NCBI GenBank assembly: GCA_043818275.1
Contig: JBDRFY010000069.1
Span: 1 to 54,614, forward strand
Reading direction: 5' to 3'
Length of the DNA: 54,614 nt
Source: a bacterium
Lineage (GTDB): Bacteria > Babelota > Babeliae > Babelales > JAUWHS01
The translations under genes were made by a program, and so were the position numbers. Positions 46,374 through 54,614 of this stretch are shown piece by piece. How positions within the stretch are numbered: position 1 is the stretch's first letter; the number at the start of each line of letters is the position of its first letter. The notes beneath the pieces are model-generated. The model did not search any database and was not told where the DNA came from. It was given only the letters and a program-made list of their open reading frames with translations.

Positions 46374-49300
46374 ATGAGTAAAAAACTTTTTCCAAGAAAT
46401 ATTTTTTTAATATTTTTATTTTTTCTATTCACAAACTTATCTCCAGCAGAAACAGTATTACCTGAACCAGGAGCACAAATCACATTACCAACAGAAGAGC
46501 CTGTTCTAGAGGCAATAAAATCTGAACAGCCAACAACAGAAACTCCTTTTGTAGAACAAGCAACACCAACCACACAGACAACAGAAGGAATAAAAGAATC
46601 AACTGCTTATGAAAAAATATTAAAATATGGAGACCGAATCAGACTACGTTTTGCAAATCTTGAAAATACAACATTACACACTCAACAAAATTACTACACA
46701 CAACCAAATACATCAAAAAACCAAATTATTTCTGGCTATCTAAATGTCAATGCATATCAAAAATATCAACAGAATCTAAATGATGATGAATGGATTATTG
46801 CCGGTCCATTTCCTTTGCCTCAGGATTATAAAAAAGGGGAGGCTGTAAAAAGTGGCGATGTTGTCCGATTTTTAAATCCAAAAACACAAAAATATTTACA
46901 TTATTTTTATGATGAAAAATATAAAGCTCCTGGAAGTGATTTTTTACTGGAAGTTTGCGCCTTTGACCAAAACAGCCCCGCAAACAACTGGCAAATAAAT
47001 GTTGTGGAAAATACGAATGTCGGTAATGAAATAATATTTAATAAAACTTTATTTACAATTGAAGCATTAAATGATTTAGAAAAAAAATATATATCAATTT
47101 CACAAGCCTTATTCATGGTTGTAAACCAAAATCAACAAGTGGCTGGATTAACTGACAATAAAAACAATACCTGGTTTATTGAACAACCGAATCAAAAACC
47201 AGAAGCTGCGCCAAAAAAAGAAATAACGGTCGTTGAAGAAGTAAAAGGTGAGGAAAAAGTTAAAAAGGAAGAACAAAAAATTACAGGGCTTACAAATACT
47301 ATGTGGGCAATAGATACTTTTGGCCGGGCATTAGTAAGAGAAAATATAAATGAAACAAATCAAACCGGAAATAATTGGTCCAACGTTTCTGAAAACGGTT
47401 TAGCTGTTAAAATAATAAACAATATAGCAGTAGGACCACAAAGCTCACTTTGGATTATTGATAATTCTAATCAACTTTATTTCAAACAAAGCACAACCCC
47501 ATGGATTCTTGTACCAAACTCAAATGAAAACACAACTTCTCAATTTTTAGACATTGATATCGGAACAAACATTCCCGGAGGAGGAAATTATAATATCTGG
47601 GCAATAGGAACAAACAACAAAATTTATTACAGATTAGGTACAACTACAAGTAATTTGATGGGAACAGATTGGCAAGAAATTCCATTTCAATCAAAATTAA
47701 ATAACGATTTACCAAAACAAATTTCAGTTGATCCAATTGGCAACCTAGCAATTGTTACAACATTGGGAAATATCTATTATCGTCAAACAAATATTCAAAA
47801 TCCAACAGGAACACGCTGGCTTGAAATCACCAAAAACGGTATGACTACTGGTGAGCCAATCAAACAAGTTCGTCTTGGACCTAATGCAATATCATGGGCA
47901 TTAAATAGTAATCAAAGAATATATTTTATGGATAACATTGTAGGCGCTGGAAAAATTTGGCAGGAAATTCCTGATGGTTATTTAACTGATATTGCAATTA
48001 ACGTAAATGGAACAGTCATTGGTATAAATGCTAACGGAAATTTATACAAACGTGTAAACACAGAAATTTCGCCACAAGGATCCGGCTGGGTAAAATTAAA
48101 AGAAAACGTTCAAAAAGTTTGTTTAGCAACAAATAATACTCCTGTATGCATAGACAGATCAAACTATACTTTTTATAACGAAAAACAGGAAACTTATACT
48201 CAATTTATTGGAAGTAAAACTTCTTTCTTAAACACAAATAATGAATGGTCTGAAATTCCATTAGATGAAATTAAGCCAATCGGCTTTCATGAAATAACAA
48301 TTAATTCACTTGGCCTTACTTTTGCTCTTGATAAATTTTTTAATAGTTATTACCGCACGGGAATAACTACAGAAAATATTAAGGGAAACAACTGGATTAA
48401 ATTTAATTCTATACTTCCTCTTTCTTACGAACTCAGCCAGCAAGATGGAAACTCATCTTTATTGGGAACAAATATAGTTAATACACCATTGCCAACTAAA
48501 ATAGGAATTACGTCAAATAATCCACTAGGAACAACACAGGAAAGTACAACAAATATAGAAACGCTACAATTTGAAGCAGGATCAAATGGGTTTGCCTGTT
48601 CTTTAAGTTTTTTTGAAAACAAATATATTGTATATTTCTTTGATAAAAATCAAAAAAAATGGATTCCTGATTCAACTTCAAAAGAATTAAAACAAATTGC
48701 TCTTAAAACTGAAAGCGAAAAACATACATTATTGGCCGTTGATTTAAATAACAAAGTTTTTATAAAACAAAACATAACACTACAAAACATACAAGGAGAC
48801 ACCTGGCAAGAAATTACCGGTAAGGATATGCAGCAAATTTATGTAAGTCCTAACGAAACAATTTGGGGTCTAAGTACAGAACAACATCATAAATTTAAAA
48901 ACAGTTTTTGGGTTTATTACAGAAAAGGAAATGTTTGGGCTCCATTAAACACTGCTTTGTCCAAACTGACTGATACATGTCCAAATTTTTTAAAATATGG
49001 TGATAAAATTTCTTTGTGCACAGCTTTGAACAGATTAATGCAAAAACAAAAAGCTGGATTACTTCTTGATAGCGAAAATTATCTTTTGTTTGCAAATGGA
49101 GCCACAGGAAAAAATTCACAAACATTTGAAATTATAAATCCAACAAATTCAACGGATACTTCATTGGTTAAATATAACGATCCAATAATGTTGAAAACTG
49201 ATGAAGGAAAATATTTAATGATTGTCGTAAATAAATTTTTATATACCCAGGCAACTGAACAAAAAAATGCAACAACCTTATCCTTTGGGGTAATTAGCAA

Positions 49301-50186
49301 TACAACCAAAGGAAATTTAATTGAATATGGAACACGTGTAAAAATGCAGGTTGGAAATCAATTTTTAGTTTCCGATCCCACACTACTCAATTCAAATCTT
49401 GTTTTAAAAGGAGATACAAACAACGATAATGGTTTATTTATTATCATGAAACCAATAAACAATCAGGTACCAAGCGATCAAAATCAGATCGATACAATTC
49501 AGTCACCTCTAACACTTTTATTACAACAAATAAATCAAAATGCAGAAAATACATTCAAAACAACCGCGCAACCGGATGCTCAAGCAACAAATGGATTCGC
49601 ACAACTTTTAGTCGCTCTTTTTGAAAATAAAATAAATATTCCTTCTCTTACTTTAAATTCCATTTTCCAGACAGCAATATCGGCACAAAAACCAAATTTA
49701 TTAACTCAAGCTCAAAGAGATTATGTTACTACAAACATGATTAATAAAATTCCTGATAATATGACAGAAAAGTTTGGACCATTACTCATGACAATCATTA
49801 CTAAATTCAATGAAAATTTACGAACAATTAATTTGCCTAAACAGGCAATTGTTGTTTTTGTAAATATTGCTTATGAAAATAGAGCTTTAATGGATCCAAA
49901 CGAATTAAATGCATTAAAAAGTTTAATTACAAATATTTATGATAATTCATTATTGTTAACAGAGGCAGAAAAAACTAATTTTGCAAACTTAATTAATTCG
50001 TTGGGTGGAACAACTACCACTCAAATTTCAACAGCGCAACAAACCTTACCTTCTCAACTTCAACTTTCAACTAAAACAACAGAACCACAACCACAAAAAA
50101 TTGCAATTATAAGCAAACAAGAATTGCAACAAACTCGAGCAAATTTGCAACAACGAAGAAGAAGAATTGAAACAATAACACCATAA
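46374..50186 (+). CDS. Large exported modular protein: MIR-like domain, tectonin-like propeller repeats, beta-trefoil, helical domain, Thr/Gln/Arg tail
   Basis: GGGAG RBS; signal peptide; LKYGDRIRL, VKSGDVVRF...TQKYLH; repeated IW(A/G)....IYYR.G.T..N..G..W; ends QQRRRRIETITP. Confidence 0.75.
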   Translation: MSKKLFPRNIFLIFLFFLFTNLSPAETVLPEPGAQITLPTEEPVLEAIKSEQPTTETPFVEQATPTTQTTEGIKESTAYEKILKYGDRIRLRFANLENTTLHTQQNYYTQPNTSKNQIISGYLNVNAYQKYQQNLNDDEWIIAGPFPLPQDYKKGEAVKSGDVVRFLNPKTQKYLHYFYDEKYKAPGSDFLLEVCAFDQNSPANNWQINVVENTNVGNEIIFNKTLFTIEALNDLEKKYISISQALFMVVNQNQQVAGLTDNKNNTWFIEQPNQKPEAAPKKEITVVEEVKGEEKVKKEEQKITGLTNTMWAIDTFGRALVRENINETNQTGNNWSNVSENGLAVKIINNIAVGPQSSLWIIDNSNQLYFKQSTTPWILVPNSNENTTSQFLDIDIGTNIPGGGNYNIWAIGTNNKIYYRLGTTTSNLMGTDWQEIPFQSKLNNDLPKQISVDPIGNLAIVTTLGNIYYRQTNIQNPTGTRWLEITKNGMTTGEPIKQVRLGPNAISWALNSNQRIYFMDNIVGAGKIWQEIPDGYLTDIAINVNGTVIGINANGNLYKRVNTEISPQGSGWVKLKENVQKVCLATNNTPVCIDRSNYTFYNEKQETYTQFIGSKTSFLNTNNEWSEIPLDEIKPIGFHEITINSLGLTFALDKFFNSYYRTGITTENIKGNNWIKFNSILPLSYELSQQDGNSSLLGTNIVNTPLPTKIGITSNNPLGTTQESTTNIETLQFEAGSNGFACSLSFFENKYIVYFFDKNQKKWIPDSTSKELKQIALKTESEKHTLLAVDLNNKVFIKQNITLQNIQGDTWQEITGKDMQQIYVSPNETIWGLSTEQHHKFKNSFWVYYRKGNVWAPLNTALSKLTDTCPNFLKYGDKISLCTALNRLMQKQKAGLLLDSENYLLFANGATGKNSQTFEIINPTNSTDTSLVKYNDPIMLKTDEGKYLMIVVNKFLYTQATEQKNATTLSFGVISNTTKGNLIEYGTRVKMQVGNQFLVSDPTLLNSNLVLKGDTNNDNGLFIIMKPINNQVPSDQNQIDTIQSPLTLLLQQINQNAENTFKTTAQPDAQATNGFAQLLVALFENKINIPSLTLNSIFQTAISAQKPNLLTQAQRDYVTTNMINKIPDNMTEKFGPLLMTIITKFNENLRTINLPKQAIVVFVNIAYENRALMDPNELNALKSLITNIYDNSLLLTEAEKTNFANLINSLGGTTTTQISTAQQTLPSQLQLSTKTTEPQPQKIAIISKQELQQTRANLQQRRRRIETITP

Positions 50187-50212
50187 AAGCAGCCGCGATC
50201 GCGGCTGCTTTT
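50185..50212. terminator. Bidirectional terminator (perfect 28-bp palindrome)
   Basis: AAAAGCAGCCGCGATCGCGGCTGCTTTT between convergent stops. Confidence 0.88.
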
Positions 50213-51586
50213 TTATATCTTTTTTATCTCTCGATTTTTCCAATATTGGGAAACAATATCATTTGAACCAAATATGGCAATCAGGCCATCATGTTCATCA
50301 ACAAATTCCTTTGCCAACTCAAATGCTTGTGAAAAAGATTCCATAGACTTAGCTCTTATACCCATCTCTTTTACCAGGTCAACTAATGTTTGCGTATCAT
50401 GACTTGGTTGATTATTTGGCAGCGGAATAAAATAAATTTGACCTGAAATTTTTCTCAGTAAATAACGGACAGCTTTTATAGCTTCCAAAGAATTTATATT
50501 TTTGGAAATTCCCATAATTATCGCTAAACCTTTTAATGGTTTTTGATAATGAAGAAGACGGATTCCTAAAAATAAATTTTCAAATGCATCAACGTTATGT
50601 GCCGTATCAATTAACACGACAGGTTGTTCTTTTTTTAAAATTTCAAATCTTCCTTTTAGCAAATCGAATTGATCACGCCAAAAATTTTTCAATGTTTTAA
50701 GGGGATTAATTTGAGCGTCCTGTTTTGCTTTAAGGGTTGGTCGTCCACGTTGACCCTTCTGCGTTGCAAGAAGATTTCCTCTTAAAAAAGGTGAAAATCG
50801 TCCTTTAATATCTTCAACATAAATTTGAGCAATTCTTTCCCCTAAAGATGCGGATCTGCCATAAAGTTGTTCGTAAAGATACGGTAACGTTGCCAGCTTT
50901 CTTATCGGCATTGCCCATCGAACTCCACGTTCACTTAAAAAATCTTTCATTTTTTGCAAACGTAACTTACTTTGCTCAGCAGAAATAAACCAACTACCCT
51001 CTTTTGCTATTTCAAGCATTTCAAAAGCAACAGCATCTAAATCTGAACCCAAAGTATTTAAATGATCACATGCTATTCGTGTAACCGCGCAAATTTTTGG
51101 GTTACAAATATTTGTCGCATCATATTTTCCGCCCATTCCAACTTCAAGTAAAATTACATCTGCATTTTGATCATTAAAATAAATTAGTGAAGACATTGTC
51201 AAAATTTCAAAAACAGTTGCACCAATTTCATTTTGTTCCACAACATCAATTATTTTGTTAACAGCATCCGTAAAATCTTTATTTGAAATAATTTCTGAAT
51301 TTAAAATAATTCTTTCATTGTAGTTTAAAAAATGATTTGAATAAGAAACGCCAACCTTAAATCCCTCTTCTTTTAAAAGTTTGGCCGTAAAATGAAGTGC
51401 TGAACTTTTTCCATTTGTACCGCCAATTAAAATAGTATCTATTTTTTCACTTGGATTTTGTAATAATTCATCTAGTTGCTTCATTCTTTCAAGTGATTTT
51501 TCGGAATATTCATAAGATTTTTTAGAATCCAGGTAAGCAACAACTTCGTTATAACTTCTTTGAATTCCAAAAGATTCATTCTCCAT
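50213..51586 (-). CDS. folC: Divergent folylpolyglutamate synthase/dihydrofolate synthase-like Mur-ligase-family protein
   Basis: GGTNGKSS, YNERI, FEILT, LEVGMGGKYDATN, CDH...LG, GRFE, DTAHN, FGS; start uncertain. Confidence 0.8.
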   Translation of the reverse strand: MENESFGIQRSYNEVVAYLDSKKSYEYSEKSLERMKQLDELLQNPSEKIDTILIGGTNGKSSALHFTAKLLKEEGFKVGVSYSNHFLNYNERIILNSEIISNKDFTDAVNKIIDVVEQNEIGATVFEILTMSSLIYFNDQNADVILLEVGMGGKYDATNICNPKICAVTRIACDHLNTLGSDLDAVAFEMLEIAKEGSWFISAEQSKLRLQKMKDFLSERGVRWAMPIRKLATLPYLYEQLYGRSASLGERIAQIYVEDIKGRFSPFLRGNLLATQKGQRGRPTLKAKQDAQINPLKTLKNFWRDQFDLLKGRFEILKKEQPVVLIDTAHNVDAFENLFLGIRLLHYQKPLKGLAIIMGISKNINSLEAIKAVRYLLRKISGQIYFIPLPNNQPSHDTQTLVDLVKEMGIRAKSMESFSQAFELAKEFVDEHDGLIAIFGSNDIVSQYWKNREIKKI

Positions 51587-51828
51587 TTTTTGTTTTTTTC
51601 TAGATACCGTTAACATACTGCTGCTCCTCACCTTTACTTTTGCCTAATAAACTCTTTAAGAACAAAGGAATTATTGCAATTAATTTTCAAATGATATAAT
51701 TTTTACTTTAACTCCACCCCGGGAAATGGTTAATTTTTTTCATCCTGTAATTAAACATAGATGTTAAAATATATTTAAATTGTTGTCAAAAACCGATTAA
51801 TTCAATTAATTCAAAAAATATAATAATT

Positions 51829-52482
51829 ATGAAACTAAATTTTTGGTCAAGTGAAAAAATCATAGAAAAATTAAAACAATCTTTGCAACAAAATAATATT
51901 AATATTACTTCAACAGATACAATTCCCGGTCTTTTGGCAAATATAACCGAAAAATCTTTTAAAAAATTAAATGTAATAAAAAAAGAACGAGAAAATAAAC
52001 CTTATTTGGTTCTTATTTCCTCACAGCAAAAAATAAAAGATTTCGTTGATCCAGATGCATTAACCCCAAATATTGAATTTTTAATTAAAAATTGCTGGCC
52101 TGGTCCAGTAACAATAATTTTTAAAGCAAAACAATCACTCCCTGATTTTTTAAAATCAAAAGAAAATACAATTGCTCTGCGTTGCCCAAAACATAAAAAT
52201 TTATTAAAACTTCTTGAATCTTTTGGTGGTCTTTTTTCAACAAGTGCTAATATAAGTGGTCAAAAAAGTCCAACCGCTTTAAACGAAATTGATCCCACAA
52301 TAATAAATCAAATAGATTTATTTGTTTTAGATGAAAAAGATGAAAAAACATTGGCAAAAATATTACCTTCAACATTAATTGATGCCTCAAAAGCAAAAGA
52401 AGGAATCATAAAAATAGTTCGTGAAGGTCAATATAAAATAGAAGAATTGGAAAAATATTATGGAACTAAATTTGAAAAATAA
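51829..52482 (+). CDS. tsaC: L-threonylcarbamoyladenylate synthase (Sua5/YrdC)
   Basis: TDTIPGL, K.R...KP, WPGPVTII, STSANISG, PSTLID. Confidence 0.9.
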   Translation: MKLNFWSSEKIIEKLKQSLQQNNINITSTDTIPGLLANITEKSFKKLNVIKKERENKPYLVLISSQQKIKDFVDPDALTPNIEFLIKNCWPGPVTIIFKAKQSLPDFLKSKENTIALRCPKHKNLLKLLESFGGLFSTSANISGQKSPTALNEIDPTIINQIDLFVLDEKDEKTLAKILPSTLIDASKAKEGIIKIVREGQYKIEELEKYYGTKFEK

Positions 52483-53425
52483 CCAATTTACTACTGAGAA
52501 AATTTCTGAATGCTGGCAATTAATAAAAAAAGCAAATAAAGTTACTTTTCTAACTCATTACCGCCCGGATGGTGATGGAATTTCGGCTTGTGCTGCACTA
52601 TCAAAAATTTGCGAACATTTATGCAAAGATATTGAAACTATTTACCCAAACAAACCGGAGTTTGATTACACAAGACAGCCAAAAAATATTTTAATTAACA
52701 AGCACAAACAAATTCCAGATTTAATAATAGTATGTGATACTGCAAACTATGAACGTATGTATTTTCATCCGGATTTTGAAATGATTCCAATGATAAATAT
52801 TGATCATCACATCAGCAATTCAATTAACGCTGATTTTAATTTTGTTGATGGCCAGGCTTCAAGTACCTGCGAAATACTTTTTCATTTAATGAAAAAATGG
52901 AATCATAATTTAATTGATAAATATGTGGCAGAATGTCTTTTGATGGGAATTTTGTACGACACACAAGTTTTTCACACGCAAGGAGTCACCCCTCAAACAT
53001 TAATCATTAGTGCTGACTTAATTGAAGAAGGCGCAAATTTATTTGAATTAAAAAAAGAATTATTATCAAGCAAAAATCCTGAAATTATAAAATTATGGGG
53101 ATACGTTTTACAAAATGTACAAATTGACCCCGAAAAAAATGTTGCCTGGGCAAAAATTTCACAAGAAGAAATGAAAAAAATTGGAGTCACTCCAACTTGT
53201 CTGATTGGATTTAATAATTTTCTGGCAGAATTAAGTGATATCGATATAACTCTTATTTTTTATGAAACAAAAAAAGGCAAAACAAAGGTTTCCCTCAGGT
53301 CAAAAAAATATGATGTCAATTTACTTGCATCAATTTTTGGTGGAGGCGGCCATAAAAATGCTGCTGGAATTTTAAGTGATAAACCTATGGATGAATTAAT
53401 TAAAGAAATTTTGAAAGAGATTTAA
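52460..53425 (+). CDS. nrnA: DHH/DHHA1 bifunctional oligoribonuclease/pAp phosphatase
   Basis: HYRPDGDG, NIDHH, SSTCE, GILYDT, SLRSK, GGGGHKNAAG. Confidence 0.9.
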   Translation: MELNLKNNQFTTEKISECWQLIKKANKVTFLTHYRPDGDGISACAALSKICEHLCKDIETIYPNKPEFDYTRQPKNILINKHKQIPDLIIVCDTANYERMYFHPDFEMIPMINIDHHISNSINADFNFVDGQASSTCEILFHLMKKWNHNLIDKYVAECLLMGILYDTQVFHTQGVTPQTLIISADLIEEGANLFELKKELLSSKNPEIIKLWGYVLQNVQIDPEKNVAWAKISQEEMKKIGVTPTCLIGFNNFLAELSDIDITLIFYETKKGKTKVSLRSKKYDVNLLASIFGGGGHKNAAGILSDKPMDELIKEILKEI

Positions 53426-53438
53426 TAAAAGGAGAAAA

Positions 53439-53912
53439 ATGAAATCAAAGGCATTCACATTAATTGAACTTATGATTGTTGTTGCAATCATAGTTTTTCT
53501 TGCGTCAGTTGGAATTCCACGATACAAAAAATATGTCGCTAAAGCAAAACAGGCAGAAATAGCTGTAAATCTTGCAGCGCTGCATGCAGCTGAACAAGCA
53601 TATTGGGCAGAACATGGTGAATATACAACAGAACTTGGAGGAGAAAATGGAATTTGGCAACCCGAAGGTTATAAAGGAGGAGGAAAAGAATCCAATTTTT
53701 ACTATACATACGGATTTAATTTTCCGGGAGCAAAGGAAGGGGTTCATTATTTCACAGGAAAACTCGAAACGCCAAAAGAACAACTCGGAATTTGCAAAGC
53801 CGAAAAAGATACGTTTATTGCAAAAGCTGCAGGTAATTTAATTGAAGATAAAACTGATATTTGGCAAATCGATGAAACTCGTGAAATTAAAAATGTCCAA
53901 AAAGGAATATAA
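53439..53912 (+). CDS. Type IV pilin / prepilin-type N-terminal methylation domain protein
   Basis: AAGGAG RBS; MKSKA|FTLIELMIVVAII class III signal with Glu5. Confidence 0.9.
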   Translation: MKSKAFTLIELMIVVAIIVFLASVGIPRYKKYVAKAKQAEIAVNLAALHAAEQAYWAEHGEYTTELGGENGIWQPEGYKGGGKESNFYYTYGFNFPGAKEGVHYFTGKLETPKEQLGICKAEKDTFIAKAAGNLIEDKTDIWQIDETREIKNVQKGI

Positions 53913-54481
53913 TGAATAACAAATTTTTAATTCTTTCAATAATTTTAATAGCCTCAATATCTGTAATATTATTTTTAAGAAACAAATTTTTTTTAAAACG
54001 CTTTCCACAAAGTTACAACGATATGTTGATAACAAAATTAAATTCTGCTCTTGCAGATGAATGGCTTGCCCATTATCAATATTGGCTTGGTTCAAAAGTT
54101 TTAACAGGCGAACTAAAAAAAGAAATTAATGAAGAATTAATTCAGCATTCAAATGAAGAACTAAAACATGCGGGTATGCTTGCTGATAAAATAATTGAAC
54201 TTGGCGGAGTTCCAATTTTAGAACCTAAAAAATGGTATTCTGAAACAATCTGCGGATATACAACCCCTAAAAACTTTGATGGAAAAACAATTTTGCAGGA
54301 AAATATCGACGGTGAAATTTGCGCAATAAAAGTTTATACGGAATTATCAAATTTTGTTGATCCAACCCTTCGACAAGCTCAGGGTGAACGGGATGAAAAA
54401 ACAATCAAAATGATTCAGGAAATTTTGGATGATGAAATTGAACATCAAAAAGATCTGGAAGAATTATTAAATAAGTTATAA
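53912..54481 (+). CDS. Ferritin-like (bacterioferritin/DPSL-type) protein with N-terminal TM extension
   Basis: ALADEWLAHYQY, EELKHA, ELGG.P, GEICAI..Y, DEIEH diiron motifs; TAATG coupling to the pilin gene. Confidence 0.88.
   Translation: MNNKFLILSIILIASISVILFLRNKFFLKRFPQSYNDMLITKLNSALADEWLAHYQYWLGSKVLTGELKKEINEELIQHSNEELKHAGMLADKIIELGGVPILEPKKWYSETICGYTTPKNFDGKTILQENIDGEICAIKVYTELSNFVDPTLRQAQGERDEKTIKMIQEILDDEIEHQKDLEELLNKL
54365..54391 (+). repeat. In-frame 27-bp palindromic repeat inside the ferritin-like gene
   Basis: ACCCTTCGACAAGCTCAGGGTGAACGG; same family as the intergenic copies at 27494 and 43838. Confidence 0.75.
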
Positions 54482-54614
54482 CGCGCCCGCAAAGCGGGTG
54501 GCTTAATGGTTATGAGCAGTCTCAAAGACTGCCGAATTATTAAAATTACTTATTCAACGTAAAATTTCATTACTCTTCAAATTCAAGAACATCATGTTTT
54601 TCTTGATGCTTAAC
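54482..54614 (-). mobile_element. Probable right end of an IS200/IS605-family element with the 3' end of tnpA (truncated by the window)
   Basis: Minus-strand frame VKHQEKHDVLEFEE* (stop 54570-54572) resembles the YxxxQ tail of TnpA; followed by hairpins GCAGTCT-TTG-AGACTGC and ACCCGC-TTT-GCGGGC. Confidence 0.5.

Overview
AT-rich bacterial chromosome segment. Gene content and style suggest a protist-associated intracellular diderm such as Candidatus Dependentiae/Babeliae (inference, not demonstrated). The housekeeping backbone comprises ftsH, tolQRAB, cca, tRNA-Ala(GGC), an aminotransferase, an AAA/PD-(D/E)XK protein, murC, ffh-rpsP-khpA-trmD(fused)-rplS, tRNA-Phe, pheS, galU, a folC-like gene, tsaC, nrnA, a type IV pilin and a ferritin-like gene. 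Three accessory layers stand out. (1) A ~20-kb + strand array (5705-25608, with an outlier at 46374-50186) encodes signal-peptide proteins built from reshuffled beta-trefoil, tectonin-like, FAMeT-like and helical-repeat modules. Most end in Thr/Arg-rich tails, and one paralog pair differs mainly in a central hydrophobic glycine-zipper segment. (2) An operon at 28217-34633 starts with a putative outer-membrane beta-barrel, followed by exported proteins with eukaryote-like motifs (poly-Pro, IQ motif). (3) Several families of small, nested palindromic repeats occur: a 335-bp REPIN/MITE-like element, hairpins that pair with the CCA end of both tRNAs, an in-frame insertion in the ferritin-like gene, and a probable IS200-type end at the right edge. 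No CRISPR array, rRNA gene, prophage or reverse transcriptase was seen. All domain calls are by eye and need HMM or structure confirmation.
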